DNA of 64,000 nucleotides, taken from Planctomycetota bacterium. Its GTDB lineage: Bacteria > Planctomycetota > PLA2 > JAEUHO01. The notes under the pieces were generated by a model, which saw only the letters and a program-made list of their open reading frames with translations, made no database searches and had not been told where the DNA came from. The translations under genes and the position numbers were made by a program. Positions 40,092 to 50,573 of the stretch are shown here, in pieces. The stretch covers positions 2,080,001 to 2,144,000 of the forward strand of contig CBDCTJ010000007.1 in the NCBI GenBank assembly GCA_965222115.1, given 5' to 3'. The first letter of the stretch is position 1; each line of letters opens with the position of its first letter.

Positions 40092-43000
40092 ATGGGCGGC
40101 AAAGGAAACGGAGGGGCCGTGGGTCGTACATTGACTTGGATCGGGATGGTGGCCGCCATAGCGCTCGCGGCATGGCTTGCGTTGTCCATCACGGATGAGC
40201 CTTCGATCTCTGTGGAAGACGACCACGGGGAAGTCGTTGAATACGATGATCAAGGCAATCCGATTCTGTCTGGGGTCGTGGGCCCCGATGGGAAGCCCAT
40301 CAAGCCAAGCAAAAGAGATTCCACGGCTACGGCGGAACCAGAAGACGCGGCACCGCTGCTCGATGGCCAACAGCTACTCACCGGCATCGTGTTGGATGAA
40401 TCGCGCCGCCCCGTAGCGGGTGCCGACATTGTTGCCCACCTGCGCGATGCAAAGGACGTTCACACGAAGAGCGACAGCGAAGGCAAGTTTTCTCTTCCCG
40501 TCACAACACCGAGCGACGTGACCAATCCCTGGTACGCACGTGGCACGGTATACGCGCGCACATCCGACGATCGCGTCGGCTTCAGCTCGTTTCGCCCATC
40601 CTTTCGTTTGCCCGCGCCGGGAATCGATGTGGGGAAGATTGTCGTACGCAAAGGTGCACACATTCGGTGTCGTGTAACACGCGAGGGATCCCCGGTCCCT
40701 GGTGCACGGTATTGGGTTGTGGGGCGACGCCGCGCTGCCATCTATGAAACGGGCGTCGCCGACGACGGTGGCATTGTTACAAGTGCAATCTTTCCGCTTT
40801 CGAGTTATGTCGTCATCGCAGCGTCGCCCGAGAAACCCGACGGGTATACAAGTGCACGCACAATGGGTCACGGTCATAAGCGCATACAGATTCCGATTGC
40901 CAAAGGCGCCGACCTCCCTGAACTCGCACTTGGCGATACGCGTACCCTTCGCGTTCAGGTCGTAGACAAGGCGTCGCGCGCACCGATTCCCGCCGCCAAG
41001 ATTCTGGTTGGCGACGATAGTTCACGCCCGCCGCCCCGTGGCGTCGGCACGTTGCCTCCCATTCCAGACACGCTGACCGGCGCGAACGGCGAGGCCGCGG
41101 TAATTGCCGGCGTACCGGCCGACAAGCGCGTGTACGTCAATGCCGAGGTAGAAGGTTATCCAAAGTCTCGTGGCTACAACGGTCGCGGCATGGCAACGGC
41201 TGAGCCCGGCAACGACGATGTCACCATCGAACTTGCCACCTATCGGGAGGTCGCCTTTCCGATCGGCCCCAGTGATGTCGAGACGCCCGGAGAGGGTGAC
41301 GCGCTAACAGCAGAACGCACGTCGTGGTCGGGCGCTCCGGACCCGGATGAACAACTCGCCGCCAAAGTTGAGGGTACGTATGTCGTGATCAGCGGCCTTC
41401 GTCCCGGCTACGACTACGGCACCGTGAGCACCGCCGATGGTCGCATTGCCAACTTTCATGCTCCTCAGGGCAACGCGAAAGCAGCGCCGCTAAAGTTCGT
41501 TCGTGCCAAACCCATCACGTTGCGGCTCATCTCTGAGAGCGGCGAAGTTATGAAGGGCGAGCAATTGAGTTTGGCGGGGGGCAACGGCCGCAGCTACCAA
41601 CCGCCGGAGATTACCAACGAAAACGGAGAAGTGACCTTTGACAAACTCACGTGGAACCAAGTCGTTGTGCGGCATGTTCCGCGAGGGTCCGACAACTGGT
41701 GGCGCGCGCCAATCGTGGACCGCTTCAAGCGCGCCGATGTAGACGGTGTTCGTGAAATCCGTCTCAAATCGGGCGAGCGCGTCACGATCGATGTGTTGAT
41801 CAATGGTGTTCGCAAGCTGCCCACACGCTATTCGATATCGGTAGGGCGGCGCAGCATTCGAAGTGGCGATGTGGAAGAAGATCCGGGTGCGGCCACGCTA
41901 TCATTTGCCGTGCTCGAAAAGGACTGGAACAAGTCCGGCCCAACGAAGTTTGTGATTGGCGCCGAGGGCTGCCTGCCCAGCACATTAGAACTGGAGCGCG
42001 AGGAGGCAAGCGCAGGCCGCCAACGTGTCGATCTAAAGCTTGCGGGCACCTTCGTGTGCCAGGTGACGCCGCCGGAAGACGAGCGGTATTCACTTGCGCT
42101 GCAGCAATACAATGACGGCACTCAAATCTGGGAGGCCACGCGCGCGTCGGGATGGCAGGCGCCGCGTCCGGCCGACGCTGAACGAGAGAAACACACGCGA
42201 CGATTTGGCGGACTCAAGGCCGGCACCTATCGCGCCATCGATAGTTTCTCCCAGGCAACCAGCGGGTCGATTGTGGTCGTACCGGGTGAGCCCGCGAAGA
42301 CAGTCAAGTTGGATCTTTCGGTGGTGACCACGATTGAAGGGCGTGTAGTGGTGCCCGAGGGCGAAAACGTGCGAACGGCTTCGGTCAAGCGCGTGACAAA
42401 GTCAGGGACGAGTTCGAGCAACACCAATTATTTTCCCGGCAGAAGTTTCCCGTCTCCCGGTCGGTGGCGCGGTGGTTCTCATATCCAGATCCAAGAGGAC
42501 GGCTCGTTCTCGCTGCGTGCCGTGCGGGGCGATCCCGTCACGCTTTCGGTGGATCACGCGTACTTATCACCCGTGAATGGAAAACGTACCTTAAGGACCA
42601 AGGGCGGCGCCCGCGGTATTGAGTTCCGACTTGAAGCCACCGGCTACATCTCCTTTCGCCTTCCCGATGTTGCCGCCGGCGCTGAGTCGGTTGCCAACAA
42701 CGGGCCAACCATGCGTCCCGGGACTTCGATTACTGCTGCGTTGCTCGCCGACGACGGGCCCGGTAAACCCAAGAAGGTCGTTCGTTCGTCGGGCCTCATT
42801 CCCAAGAACGGTGTGTATCGAATCGGAGGCGTTGAGCCGGGCACCTATGAACTTCGCATCGACTCCTCCGGGTTTGCCCGCCGAACCATTGCAGAGGTCA
42901 AACTCGGCGAATCGAGTGTAGATTTGGGCGACATTGCGATGTCGCGCGGTGGAACCATCAAGGTGCGTGTACTACCCGAAGCGGATGGAGACACACCGCC

Positions 43001-43241
43001 GTCCGCATGGATCAACTGCGTTCGAATTGATCCGCCCGACAATCACACGCGCAACGGCGTGTACGGTGCGCAAGGCGTTGCGACCGTTACGGGACTCGGA
43101 CCTGGCACGTGGAAGCTGAGCATCTGGATTCACAACATGTTTGTGCCCGGCGGGAGCCAGAAGCCCGCTCATGTTCGCGAAGTGTCCATTTCCGGTAACG
43201 AGGAAGTCGACATTGAACACCGGATGTCGTCGGGGTCGTGA
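40092..43241 (+). CDS. Membrane-anchored multi-repeat carboxypeptidase-regulatory-like protein
   Basis: N-terminal TM; repeats G.VLDE..RPVAGA, GSPVPGA, VVDKASRAPIPAA, GLKAGTY, VEPGTY, GLGPGTW. Confidence 0.85.
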   Translation: MGGKGNGGAVGRTLTWIGMVAAIALAAWLALSITDEPSISVEDDHGEVVEYDDQGNPILSGVVGPDGKPIKPSKRDSTATAEPEDAAPLLDGQQLLTGIVLDESRRPVAGADIVAHLRDAKDVHTKSDSEGKFSLPVTTPSDVTNPWYARGTVYARTSDDRVGFSSFRPSFRLPAPGIDVGKIVVRKGAHIRCRVTREGSPVPGARYWVVGRRRAAIYETGVADDGGIVTSAIFPLSSYVVIAASPEKPDGYTSARTMGHGHKRIQIPIAKGADLPELALGDTRTLRVQVVDKASRAPIPAAKILVGDDSSRPPPRGVGTLPPIPDTLTGANGEAAVIAGVPADKRVYVNAEVEGYPKSRGYNGRGMATAEPGNDDVTIELATYREVAFPIGPSDVETPGEGDALTAERTSWSGAPDPDEQLAAKVEGTYVVISGLRPGYDYGTVSTADGRIANFHAPQGNAKAAPLKFVRAKPITLRLISESGEVMKGEQLSLAGGNGRSYQPPEITNENGEVTFDKLTWNQVVVRHVPRGSDNWWRAPIVDRFKRADVDGVREIRLKSGERVTIDVLINGVRKLPTRYSISVGRRSIRSGDVEEDPGAATLSFAVLEKDWNKSGPTKFVIGAEGCLPSTLELEREEASAGRQRVDLKLAGTFVCQVTPPEDERYSLALQQYNDGTQIWEATRASGWQAPRPADAEREKHTRRFGGLKAGTYRAIDSFSQATSGSIVVVPGEPAKTVKLDLSVVTTIEGRVVVPEGENVRTASVKRVTKSGTSSSNTNYFPGRSFPSPGRWRGGSHIQIQEDGSFSLRAVRGDPVTLSVDHAYLSPVNGKRTLRTKGGARGIEFRLEATGYISFRLPDVAAGAESVANNGPTMRPGTSITAALLADDGPGKPKKVVRSSGLIPKNGVYRIGGVEPGTYELRIDSSGFARRTIAEVKLGESSVDLGDIAMSRGGTIKVRVLPEADGDTPPSAWINCVRIDPPDNHTRNGVYGAQGVATVTGLGPGTWKLSIWIHNMFVPGGSQKPAHVREVSISGNEEVDIEHRMSSGS

Positions 43242-45361
43242 GCGCAAGCGCTAGATTCGCCGCCTTGACGATCGGCGCACTCTTTGCATTCGTTCACGTT
43301 GGGTTCAGTCCGTATGCCCGTGGGGATGTGCTCATTCCGAAGAGGGGCAAGCGCATCGAAGGCGCGATCGTCTCGCAAGCGGGCGGTCGCGTTGTCTTCA
43401 ATCGGTACTGGTCACGCAATCCGGGCGTGACGAATCCCGATCATGTGATCACCCTCGCAGCGTCGGCCATCAAGTCGGCCAGGGTGGCGCCCCATCCCCA
43501 CGTGGAGTTCTTTCGCCGGTTGAAAGTGGCCAAATCGGTCGACGACTTGGTTGCACTCGGTGATTATGCGCGCGAACACAAATTGAAAGCTCACGCGAAG
43601 CGCGCTTATGCCACGGCACTTGCCAAGGATGAGTCCAACGCCGCGGCGCTGGAGGGCATCGGCGGCGCGTCCAAATGGAAAACGGAGCGGGAGGGCAATC
43701 CGTGGCTCGACCACTCGCTTGGCGATCTTCGTAGGAAATACGTCACCGTCAGCGACCCCAAAGAACGCGTCGCGCTGGCGGCAACAATCAAAAAGGCCGG
43801 CGGCCAAGAAAAGCTCCCCACGTTAGAGCGCATGCGACGCAGTGCATCGCAGCCCACGGGCTATCACGTCGATCGTCCGCTGTGCGTGAATGCGCCCGAT
43901 CATCCCCATGGCGTGTACACGCTCTATGTGCCCGATACCTACACACCCACCGAAACCTGGCCGCTCATCATTGGCCTTCACGGAGGGGGCGCGGGTGGGA
44001 AGGCGGGCGACGAAGTGGTAGGAAGCGGCGAGTCGGCGATAAACTTCTATCGACGGCACGCAACCGAGCGTGGATTCATTGTGGCATGTCCAGATGCATT
44101 GTCGCGCGGATGGGGAAGCAAGGACAATGAGCAACTTGTTCGGGATGTCATCACGGAATTGACGCTGCTCTACAACGTTGATCTAGACCGCATCTATTTG
44201 ACGGGGCACTCGATGGGGGGCTTTGGCACATGGTCGTTGGGTCCACGCATGGCCGACCTATTCGCGGCGATTTCGCCCATGGCGGGCGCCGGATCGGGGG
44301 TGTCCAAACTCATCGACACCAACACGCCTATTTTCATCTTTCACTCGGCAGACGATTTCATTGATGTAAGCAGCGACCGCGCGGCGGCCAAGCAACTAAA
44401 AGCGTCGTCGCTGGACTTTGTGTATACGGAGTTTCCAAACGCCGGTCACGGATTCCCCGACTCCGTTCAAGTGGAGTTGTTCGACTTTTTCGAACCGCGT
44501 CGCCTCTATCGCAAGCGGCGCAAGAGCGCATGGCCTCGCTCGTCGTTCTTGGGCAAAGTCACCTCAACCGAGTCGCGCTTTCTTGGCGACCCGTTGGCGG
44601 AAACAAAAGCGGATGCGCCCACGCTGAAGTCATTGATGAAGACGTTCTTGCTCGGCGGTGGGTGTTCGGAAGCGGTGGCACACGTGCTACTCGATCGTGC
44701 GTTTGAGGGTACCGGGGCAGCGGTGTCCACGGTGTTGCATGGGAAGAACAACTCCACGTCGGCGCGCGCCAGTGCAGCTCGGTTACTTGGCAAACTTGAG
44801 GAGCCCGGAATCGGGCTACCCACGCTCCGCCGGGTCTTGAAGGAGAAACCCTCACGCGATCTCTCCCACGTCATTCGTGCTACCGCAAAGTCGGTTGCAC
44901 GATTGGAACAGCTACTTCGTGAGAAGGACAGTGACGACGTGGGGCGCGAGCACTCCATGTTGTCGCTCGAGCTCGCCATCGACTATTGGTGCATGTTTTA
45001 CGAATCAAAACTCTCGGGAGCTACGATTGATGCGCCCGACTGGCAGCGCGTCATTCCCGTCATTGCCGACCTTGTTTCGGCGTGGGCTGCGTGTGCACGA
45101 GAAGGCGATTCGCTCAAGATGATCAAGCGCACGGCCTATGAACTGGTGCTTGAGCCCACGCACAAGGTGGCCACGTCTCCGCGGGTGCGCGAGGATCCAT
45201 CGATTGAACGGGCGCAGTTGGCAGCTGCCATGGGGCGGGCCTATGCCCGCGGGGGCGCCACGGACGACGATTGGGCGGATCTCTTCAAGGCTCTTTCCTC
45301 GGACGAGCGGGCCCTAACGGCGGCCAAAGCTGCCCGCGAGCAGGCGCCCTCAGCCCGCTAG
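43238..45361 (+). CDS. Exported alpha/beta hydrolase (esterase-like) with helical flanking domains
   Basis: [39 protein letters not shown]; HEAT-like C-terminus; 4-bp overlap with upstream gene. Confidence 0.85.
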   Translation: MSASARFAALTIGALFAFVHVGFSPYARGDVLIPKRGKRIEGAIVSQAGGRVVFNRYWSRNPGVTNPDHVITLAASAIKSARVAPHPHVEFFRRLKVAKSVDDLVALGDYAREHKLKAHAKRAYATALAKDESNAAALEGIGGASKWKTEREGNPWLDHSLGDLRRKYVTVSDPKERVALAATIKKAGGQEKLPTLERMRRSASQPTGYHVDRPLCVNAPDHPHGVYTLYVPDTYTPTETWPLIIGLHGGGAGGKAGDEVVGSGESAINFYRRHATERGFIVACPDALSRGWGSKDNEQLVRDVITELTLLYNVDLDRIYLTGHSMGGFGTWSLGPRMADLFAAISPMAGAGSGVSKLIDTNTPIFIFHSADDFIDVSSDRAAAKQLKASSLDFVYTEFPNAGHGFPDSVQVELFDFFEPRRLYRKRRKSAWPRSSFLGKVTSTESRFLGDPLAETKADAPTLKSLMKTFLLGGGCSEAVAHVLLDRAFEGTGAAVSTVLHGKNNSTSARASAARLLGKLEEPGIGLPTLRRVLKEKPSRDLSHVIRATAKSVARLEQLLREKDSDDVGREHSMLSLELAIDYWCMFYESKLSGATIDAPDWQRVIPVIADLVSAWAACAREGDSLKMIKRTAYELVLEPTHKVATSPRVREDPSIERAQLAAAMGRAYARGGATDDDWADLFKALSSDERALTAAKAAREQAPSAR

Positions 45362-45405
45362 TCGATCCGCTCAGGCGGCGCCGCGAATTGTCGGGCGGCG
45401 CGGTC

Positions 45406-45433
45406 TTGACCGCGTTGGGTCGGTGGGTACGCT
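45406..45433 (+). promoter_or_regulatory. Sigma70-type promoter of the rpmI operon
   Basis: TTGACC-N16-TACGCT upstream of the AAGGAG RBS. Confidence 0.5.
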
Positions 45434-45486
45434 CTGCGGTTCGTGTGACCACGGACCGGAAACCGTTCGGTCCCAAGGAGCGTTCC

Positions 45487-45687
45487 ATGCCCAAACTCAA
45501 GACCCGCAAGTCCATCGCTGGACGCTTTAAGGTCACCAAGTCGGGCAAAGTGCGCAAGCTCGGTTCGGCGAACCACAGTCACATTCTCTCCAAGAAGGAC
45601 TCCAAGCGTAAGCGCCGTATGCGCCAGCCCGACTTCGTCAAAGGTGGCCAGGCCAAGACCATGCGCCGCTACGTCGGCAAGCGCTAA
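45487..45687 (+). CDS. rpmI: 50S ribosomal protein L35
   Basis: [35 protein letters not shown]; RBS AAGGAG. Confidence 0.96.
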   Translation: MPKLKTRKSIAGRFKVTKSGKVRKLGSANHSHILSKKDSKRKRRMRQPDFVKGGQAKTMRRYVGKR

Positions 45688-45743
45688 CACACCGCTGTAC
45701 ACGTCAAACCCGAGCAAAACAATAAAGTTTAGGACGAAACGTC

Positions 45744-46106
45744 ATGTCACGAGTCACTTGCACACCGGCACGCCTTGCCCGCAAGCGCCGCCTCATGAAG
45801 GTCGCCAAGGGGTATTGGGGCGCGCGTAGTCGCCAGTACAAGGTCATGAAGGAAACGGTGCATCGTGGTTGGCAGTACGCCTACATTCACCGCCGCCTTC
45901 GCAAGCGCGACTTTCGACGGCTCTGGATCTTGCGCATCAACGCAGCGTCCAGGGCTCGCGGACTCATGTACAGCCGACTCATTGCCGGATTGAACCGCGC
46001 CGGTGTTGAGCTCAACCGCAAGTCGCTCAGCGAGCTTGCCATACACGATCCGAAGGCGTTCGACGAGGTCGTGGACATCGCCAAAAACGCACTCGACGCC
46101 GCGTAA
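45744..46106 (+). CDS. rplT: 50S ribosomal protein L20
   Basis: AKGYWGARSR, YAY..RR.RKRDFRRLWI.RINA, LNRKSLSELA. Confidence 0.98.
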   Translation: MSRVTCTPARLARKRRLMKVAKGYWGARSRQYKVMKETVHRGWQYAYIHRRLRKRDFRRLWILRINAASRARGLMYSRLIAGLNRAGVELNRKSLSELAIHDPKAFDEVVDIAKNALDAA

Positions 46107-46196
46107 GCCGCGCCCGAAGCACCCGTGTGGGAAGGGTCGCGCTGTGGCGCACGAATGGTTCTCTTCGGAGAACCCTTTCCATGATCGGGAGACGGC

Positions 46197-47213
46197 ATGG
46201 ATCCGCTCGACGCGCTGCTGAATGATGCACTTGACCGAATTGCTGAGTCCACCGACCCGGATGCCTTGACAGCCATTCGTACGGAGCTGCTTGGCAAACA
46301 CGGAAAGATCCACGAGATCTTGTCCTCCATCGGTTCTTTACCTCGCGAGGAACGCGGTGCGGTGGGCAAGGCGGCTAACGCCGCCAAGGTCAAACTCGAG
46401 TCCGCGCTTCAGGAGAAAGAGGCGACGCTTCACGCCGCAGCCGACGCCGCACTTGGCGAGACCGAGTGGGTGGATCCGACGCTTCCGCCGCCTCATGACG
46501 ATCGTCCCGCAGAACGCATCGGCGGAACGCTACACCCCATCTCGCAGGTGACGCGCGATGTGGAAGACATATTCCTCGGTATGGGCTTTGACCTATTGGA
46601 CGGCCCGTGGGTGGAAGATGACGATCACAACTTCACCGCACTCAATATTCCGCCCGATCACCCGGCGCGCGACATGCAAGATACATTCTGGGTGGGCGAG
46701 CATCACGTACTTCGTACGCACACGAGTCCTGTGCAGATCCGTGCCATGGAAACACGCAAGCCGCCGATTCGTGCGGTGGCCATTGGCCGGGTGTTTCGAA
46801 ACGAGGAACTCGATGCGAGCCACGAAAACACCTTTCACCAAGTGGAAGCGTTCTTCGTCGATCGCGACGTCAACGTGGGGCACATGATCTATGTGCTTCG
46901 GACTCTGCTTTCCCAAGTGCTGGGCGAGCGCGTCGAGGTGCGCCTGCGCCCTTCGTATTTCCCCTTCGTTGAACCCGGATTCGAGATGGACGTTATGTTC
47001 CGCGGCGACTGGATGGAGCTACTGGGCTGTGGCATGGTCCATCCCGATGTGCTTTCGCGGGGCGGTATCGATCCAGCGATCTACTCAGGTTTCGCATTCG
47101 GCTTGGGGATCGATCGCTTGGTCATGATGCGCTATGGCATTGAGGACATTCGCCATTTCATGAGCGGTGATCTGCGCTTCCTGCGTCAGTTCTCCCACGG
47201 AGTGCAGGGATGA
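46197..47213 (+). CDS. pheS: Phenylalanyl-tRNA synthetase alpha subunit
   Basis: LHPI, NFTALNIP.DHPARDMQDTF, LRTHTSPVQ, FHQVE, RPSYFPFVEP, GFAFGLGIDRL. Confidence 0.98.
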   Translation: MDPLDALLNDALDRIAESTDPDALTAIRTELLGKHGKIHEILSSIGSLPREERGAVGKAANAAKVKLESALQEKEATLHAAADAALGETEWVDPTLPPPHDDRPAERIGGTLHPISQVTRDVEDIFLGMGFDLLDGPWVEDDDHNFTALNIPPDHPARDMQDTFWVGEHHVLRTHTSPVQIRAMETRKPPIRAVAIGRVFRNEELDASHENTFHQVEAFFVDRDVNVGHMIYVLRTLLSQVLGERVEVRLRPSYFPFVEPGFEMDVMFRGDWMELLGCGMVHPDVLSRGGIDPAIYSGFAFGLGIDRLVMMRYGIEDIRHFMSGDLRFLRQFSHGVQG

Positions 47214-49669
47214 AGCTCTCCTATCGTTGGCTGCAAGAACTCGTGGTTCTCGACGGCATAGCGGCCGCTGAGGTGGCGCATGCACTCACCTTTCACACGT
47301 CGGAAATCGAAGACACCATTTCGCTCGGCGACACAATCGATGAGGTTGTAACCGCGCGCGTGAAATCCGTTGCGCCGCATCCCGATGCCGATCGACTACG
47401 CATTTGCCAAGTCGAGCTTGCCGATGGCGCCGTAAAGGAAGTCGTGTGTGGCGCGCCTAATGTGGCCGCCGATCAAGTGATTTGCTACGCACCGCTCGGC
47501 ATCACGTTGCCCGGCTCCGGTGAAGGGCCCATCAAACTTAAGCCCCGCAAGATTCGCGGCGTGCTCAGTGACGGCATGATCTGCGCCGAAGACGAACTAG
47601 GACTCGGTGACGATCATGACGGCATCGTTGTACTTCCAAGCGACACGCCGCTTGGGGTCCCCGTGGCCGACGCGCTTGGCGTACGCGACACTGTGCTCGA
47701 GATCGACAATATCGCCATTACCCATCGCCCCGACCTGTGGGGACACGTTGGGTTCGCACGGGAAGTCGCTGCATTGACGCGTCGCGACTTTCGCGAACCA
47801 TCAGTACCCAAACAGAGCGAACTCGATGCCGAAGCGAAGAGCCAGGACGCCTATCCTGTAACGGTGGACGACGGCAAGGACTGTCGTCGCTACGTGGCGA
47901 TTGAGTTGGCGGGTCTTGCAAACGGTCCGTCGCCGTCCCACCTCAAGCGTCGATTGGCTGTCGTCGGTGTACGAAGCATTGATCTGCTGGTCGATCTCAC
48001 CAACTACGTGTTGTTGGAACAGGGCCAACCCGTCCACGCGTTTGATACGCGAACAATCGAAGGGGACGCGATCCGTGTTCGCCGGGCAGCCAAAGGCGAG
48101 TCGATGGTCACGCTCGACGGCGAGAAACGTGCGCTCACACCAAACGACTTGGTGATCGCCGACACGAAGAAGCCCATTGCCATCGCCGGCGTGATGGGCA
48201 GTGAGGGCTCGGGCATTCAGGCCGACACCACATCACTTGTACTTGAATCGGCAACGTTTGATCCGACGCTCGTTCGCAAAACGGCGGCGCGCTTAGGTCT
48301 CAGGACTGATGCTAGCAGTCGCTTTGAGAAGAGCCTCGATCCTGAGGGTGCCATGCGGACAGCACTCAGGTTCGTTGCGCTGGCGAAAGAATACTGCCCG
48401 AGTGCCCATGTAACTCGCGTCATCACCGACGTGTATCCGAATCCCTACCCGTCCATTGAGATCGACGTGCCTTATTCGCTCGTGCGTCGCAGGCTGGGTG
48501 TTCGCGTGGGGGACAGCGCCGCTCGACGGCGACTCAAGTCTGTGGGCTTCGGCGTTGGGGACGCGGGCGATTCTATGCACATCAAGGTACCCAGTTGGCG
48601 CGCGACCAAAGATGTGCACATCGCCGAGGACATTGTGGAGGAGGTGGGCCGCCTCGGTGGGTACGACAAGCTTGAAGAAATCGCGCCCATTGCACCGATG
48701 GTGCCCCACCATCCGCCGCCGGATCGCCGAACGGAGCGTTTGCTCACGCCTATCTTGACGCTCGACCGCGGCTACGCCGAGACCAACCACTACGCGTTCT
48801 ACGGTTCGGATGACGTAAAGGCACTTGGCATCGAAGATTCGCTCCACGTGGTCATGACGAACCCGCGTTCCGATCAACAGGATCGTCTCATTCAAACGAC
48901 TGCGGCGGGGTTGCTCCGCTCCGTGGCGCGCAACGCCTCGCGTGAACGTGAAATTCGAATTGCAGAGCGCGCGCGACTCTTCGCGCCTCGTGCAGGCGCA
49001 TTGCCTCACGAAGTGAAGGTTCTCGGCGCCGTGAACTGGCGCGGCGATGCCGAGCAAGATCCGAAGGGTCGTGTCTTTCGGTCGCTCTTGGCGGATCTTC
49101 ATGCCGTGCTCTATCGCGCGTGCGTTGGAACGACATCGGTTGCTGAGCACAACGGCGAGTCGTTGGTGGTGGGGCTGCCGGCCTATCCATGGCTCCATCC
49201 CGGGCGCCGCGCGGTGGTTCGTGACAGCGCGAAGAACGTGTTGGCGATTGCTGGAGAGATCGCGCCATGGGTTATGCGCACGTATGACCTTCCCGGTCGG
49301 GCGGCCATGTTCGAAGTTGATCTCTCGGCCGTCACTCAGGCTTGCACTGCCGCTGACGGTGAGTACCACGCGTTGCTGCGCTATCCCGTAGTGCCATTCG
49401 ACGTGGCCGTGCTGATACCTCGCAAGACACTGTCTTCGGAAATCGCAGACGCGATGCGGGGCGCGGTAAAGGGCAACATTCGCGACGTCCATGTGTTTGA
49501 CGTGTATGAGGGCGAAGGTGTACCCGACGGTCAGCGAAGCATTGCATTGCGTTGCGAACTCTTTGATGTCAACAAGACGCTTTCAAGCAAAGCGGCCGAC
49601 GCATTGCGTGGCAAGATCCTCAAGGCACTGAAGAAACGGGGCTGGACCGTGCGCGGACCGGAAGCCTAG
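47210..49669 (+). CDS. pheT: Phenylalanyl-tRNA synthetase beta subunit
   Basis: MKLSYRWL, HPDADRL, VCGAPN, RPDLWGH, TNYVLLE.GQPVHAFD, RFEK, PSWR, DIVEEVGR, FDVYEG. Confidence 0.98.
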   Translation: MKLSYRWLQELVVLDGIAAAEVAHALTFHTSEIEDTISLGDTIDEVVTARVKSVAPHPDADRLRICQVELADGAVKEVVCGAPNVAADQVICYAPLGITLPGSGEGPIKLKPRKIRGVLSDGMICAEDELGLGDDHDGIVVLPSDTPLGVPVADALGVRDTVLEIDNIAITHRPDLWGHVGFAREVAALTRRDFREPSVPKQSELDAEAKSQDAYPVTVDDGKDCRRYVAIELAGLANGPSPSHLKRRLAVVGVRSIDLLVDLTNYVLLEQGQPVHAFDTRTIEGDAIRVRRAAKGESMVTLDGEKRALTPNDLVIADTKKPIAIAGVMGSEGSGIQADTTSLVLESATFDPTLVRKTAARLGLRTDASSRFEKSLDPEGAMRTALRFVALAKEYCPSAHVTRVITDVYPNPYPSIEIDVPYSLVRRRLGVRVGDSAARRRLKSVGFGVGDAGDSMHIKVPSWRATKDVHIAEDIVEEVGRLGGYDKLEEIAPIAPMVPHHPPPDRRTERLLTPILTLDRGYAETNHYAFYGSDDVKALGIEDSLHVVMTNPRSDQQDRLIQTTAAGLLRSVARNASREREIRIAERARLFAPRAGALPHEVKVLGAVNWRGDAEQDPKGRVFRSLLADLHAVLYRACVGTTSVAEHNGESLVVGLPAYPWLHPGRRAVVRDSAKNVLAIAGEIAPWVMRTYDLPGRAAMFEVDLSAVTQACTAADGEYHALLRYPVVPFDVAVLIPRKTLSSEIADAMRGAVKGNIRDVHVFDVYEGEGVPDGQRSIALRCELFDVNKTLSSKAADALRGKILKALKKRGWTVRGPEA

Positions 49670-49896
49670 CCCAGGCCATTCATGATACACGTAGCACACG
49701 ACTTGCCAATCGTGCGTTCCAATCTCTAGAGCTTTGCGATCGGTTTAGATTCACGTGTGCTTTAGTCGTCACACGTGTGCGAGTGTGCACGTGAATGAGC
49801 GTTTTTCCGGGGCGACCTGATCTGACAAGGCGACGCATGTGTATCGTCGATCACGCGAGCTTCATGACATTTTTGCGTTTCCAACCGTGCGTAAAA

Positions 49897-49905
49897 TGCT
49901 AGGAT
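49897..49905 (+). promoter_or_regulatory. Extended -10 element for 6S RNA
   Basis: TGcTAGGAT ending about 8 nt before the 5' stem of the RNA. Confidence 0.55.
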
Positions 49906-49913
49906 TCATGTAC

Positions 49914-50104
49914 GCAACGGAGCAGGGTTGTTGTGAACCCTGAGCCTATAGATCGTTTTTCATCGGATTCCCTTGTGCAGAAGGGCTAGGGTCCGCTTCG
50001 ATCACGAGCCTTTGGACTTGTGATCGCTTGTAGAGCCGAATTCTTCGCCGGCGAGCCCTCTTAGATGCAGGGCTCAGTTGGATCCGACGCCCTGCCTCCG
50101 TTGC
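49914..50104 (+). ncRNA. ssrS: 6S RNA
   Basis: About 190-nt rod: 5' GCAACGGAG-CAGGG..CCCTGAGCC pairs with 3' GGCTCAG..CCCTG-CTCCGTTGC; central bubble; downstream of pheT; T-run after it. Confidence 0.85.
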
Positions 50105-50117
50105 AGTTTTTGGGGGC

Positions 50118-50273
50118 GCAAGTGTTGGGGAACGCCACTTGGCGGGGGCGTGTGCATTCGGTGGCGGGACGCTGCTGGGGAAGAGGTTCTCACCAAGGGC
50201 GCCAAGGCCACCAAGCGCGGCCCGTTGTACGGAAGCTGCGTTCCATGGCGATGATCAAGGGGCGCAAGCGTTG
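50118..50273 (+). repeat. Dispersed copy of the 14549-14903 composite repeat
   Basis: Matches the reverse complement of about 14740-14903: core, CACCAAGGGCGCCAAGGCCACCAAG and GGAAGCTGCGTTCCATG..GATCAAGGGG. Confidence 0.9.
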
Positions 50274-50295
50274 CAGAATGCGGGTAGTGAAGATG

Positions 50296-50387
50296 GGATA
50301 CGGTGTCATTTCAGGATACGGTGTCAGGAACGATTTCACACTTTTCCGAGTTCGCAAGTGTGACAAGTGAAGTGGCGCACCGGCACC
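50296..50387. repeat. REP-like GGTGTCAGG element with 13-bp direct duplication
   Basis: GGATACGGTGTCA twice (50296, 50314); inner hairpin TCACACTT/AAGTGTGA; degenerate inverted end CCGGCACC. Confidence 0.55.
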
Positions 50388-50573
50388 TCAACGTAGACCG
50401 ATGCGGGTTCGCGTTGCGCAATTCAGTACCCGAGTGCGTTTGACGTCACGAACCAACGTGACGCCATCTACAGCATGACGGCTATGGTGGATGCGGCGGC
50501 ACCGGCCAATATCGCGATTTAGGTTGGAATAACGCGGGACGCTCTCATGAAGCACGCGGGCTAGAATCTCAGA

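Noticed and set aside
50065-50370. 101-aa ORF after pheT, and ORFs across 14328-14952
   Set aside because: They overlap the 6S RNA or merely translate the repeat elements.
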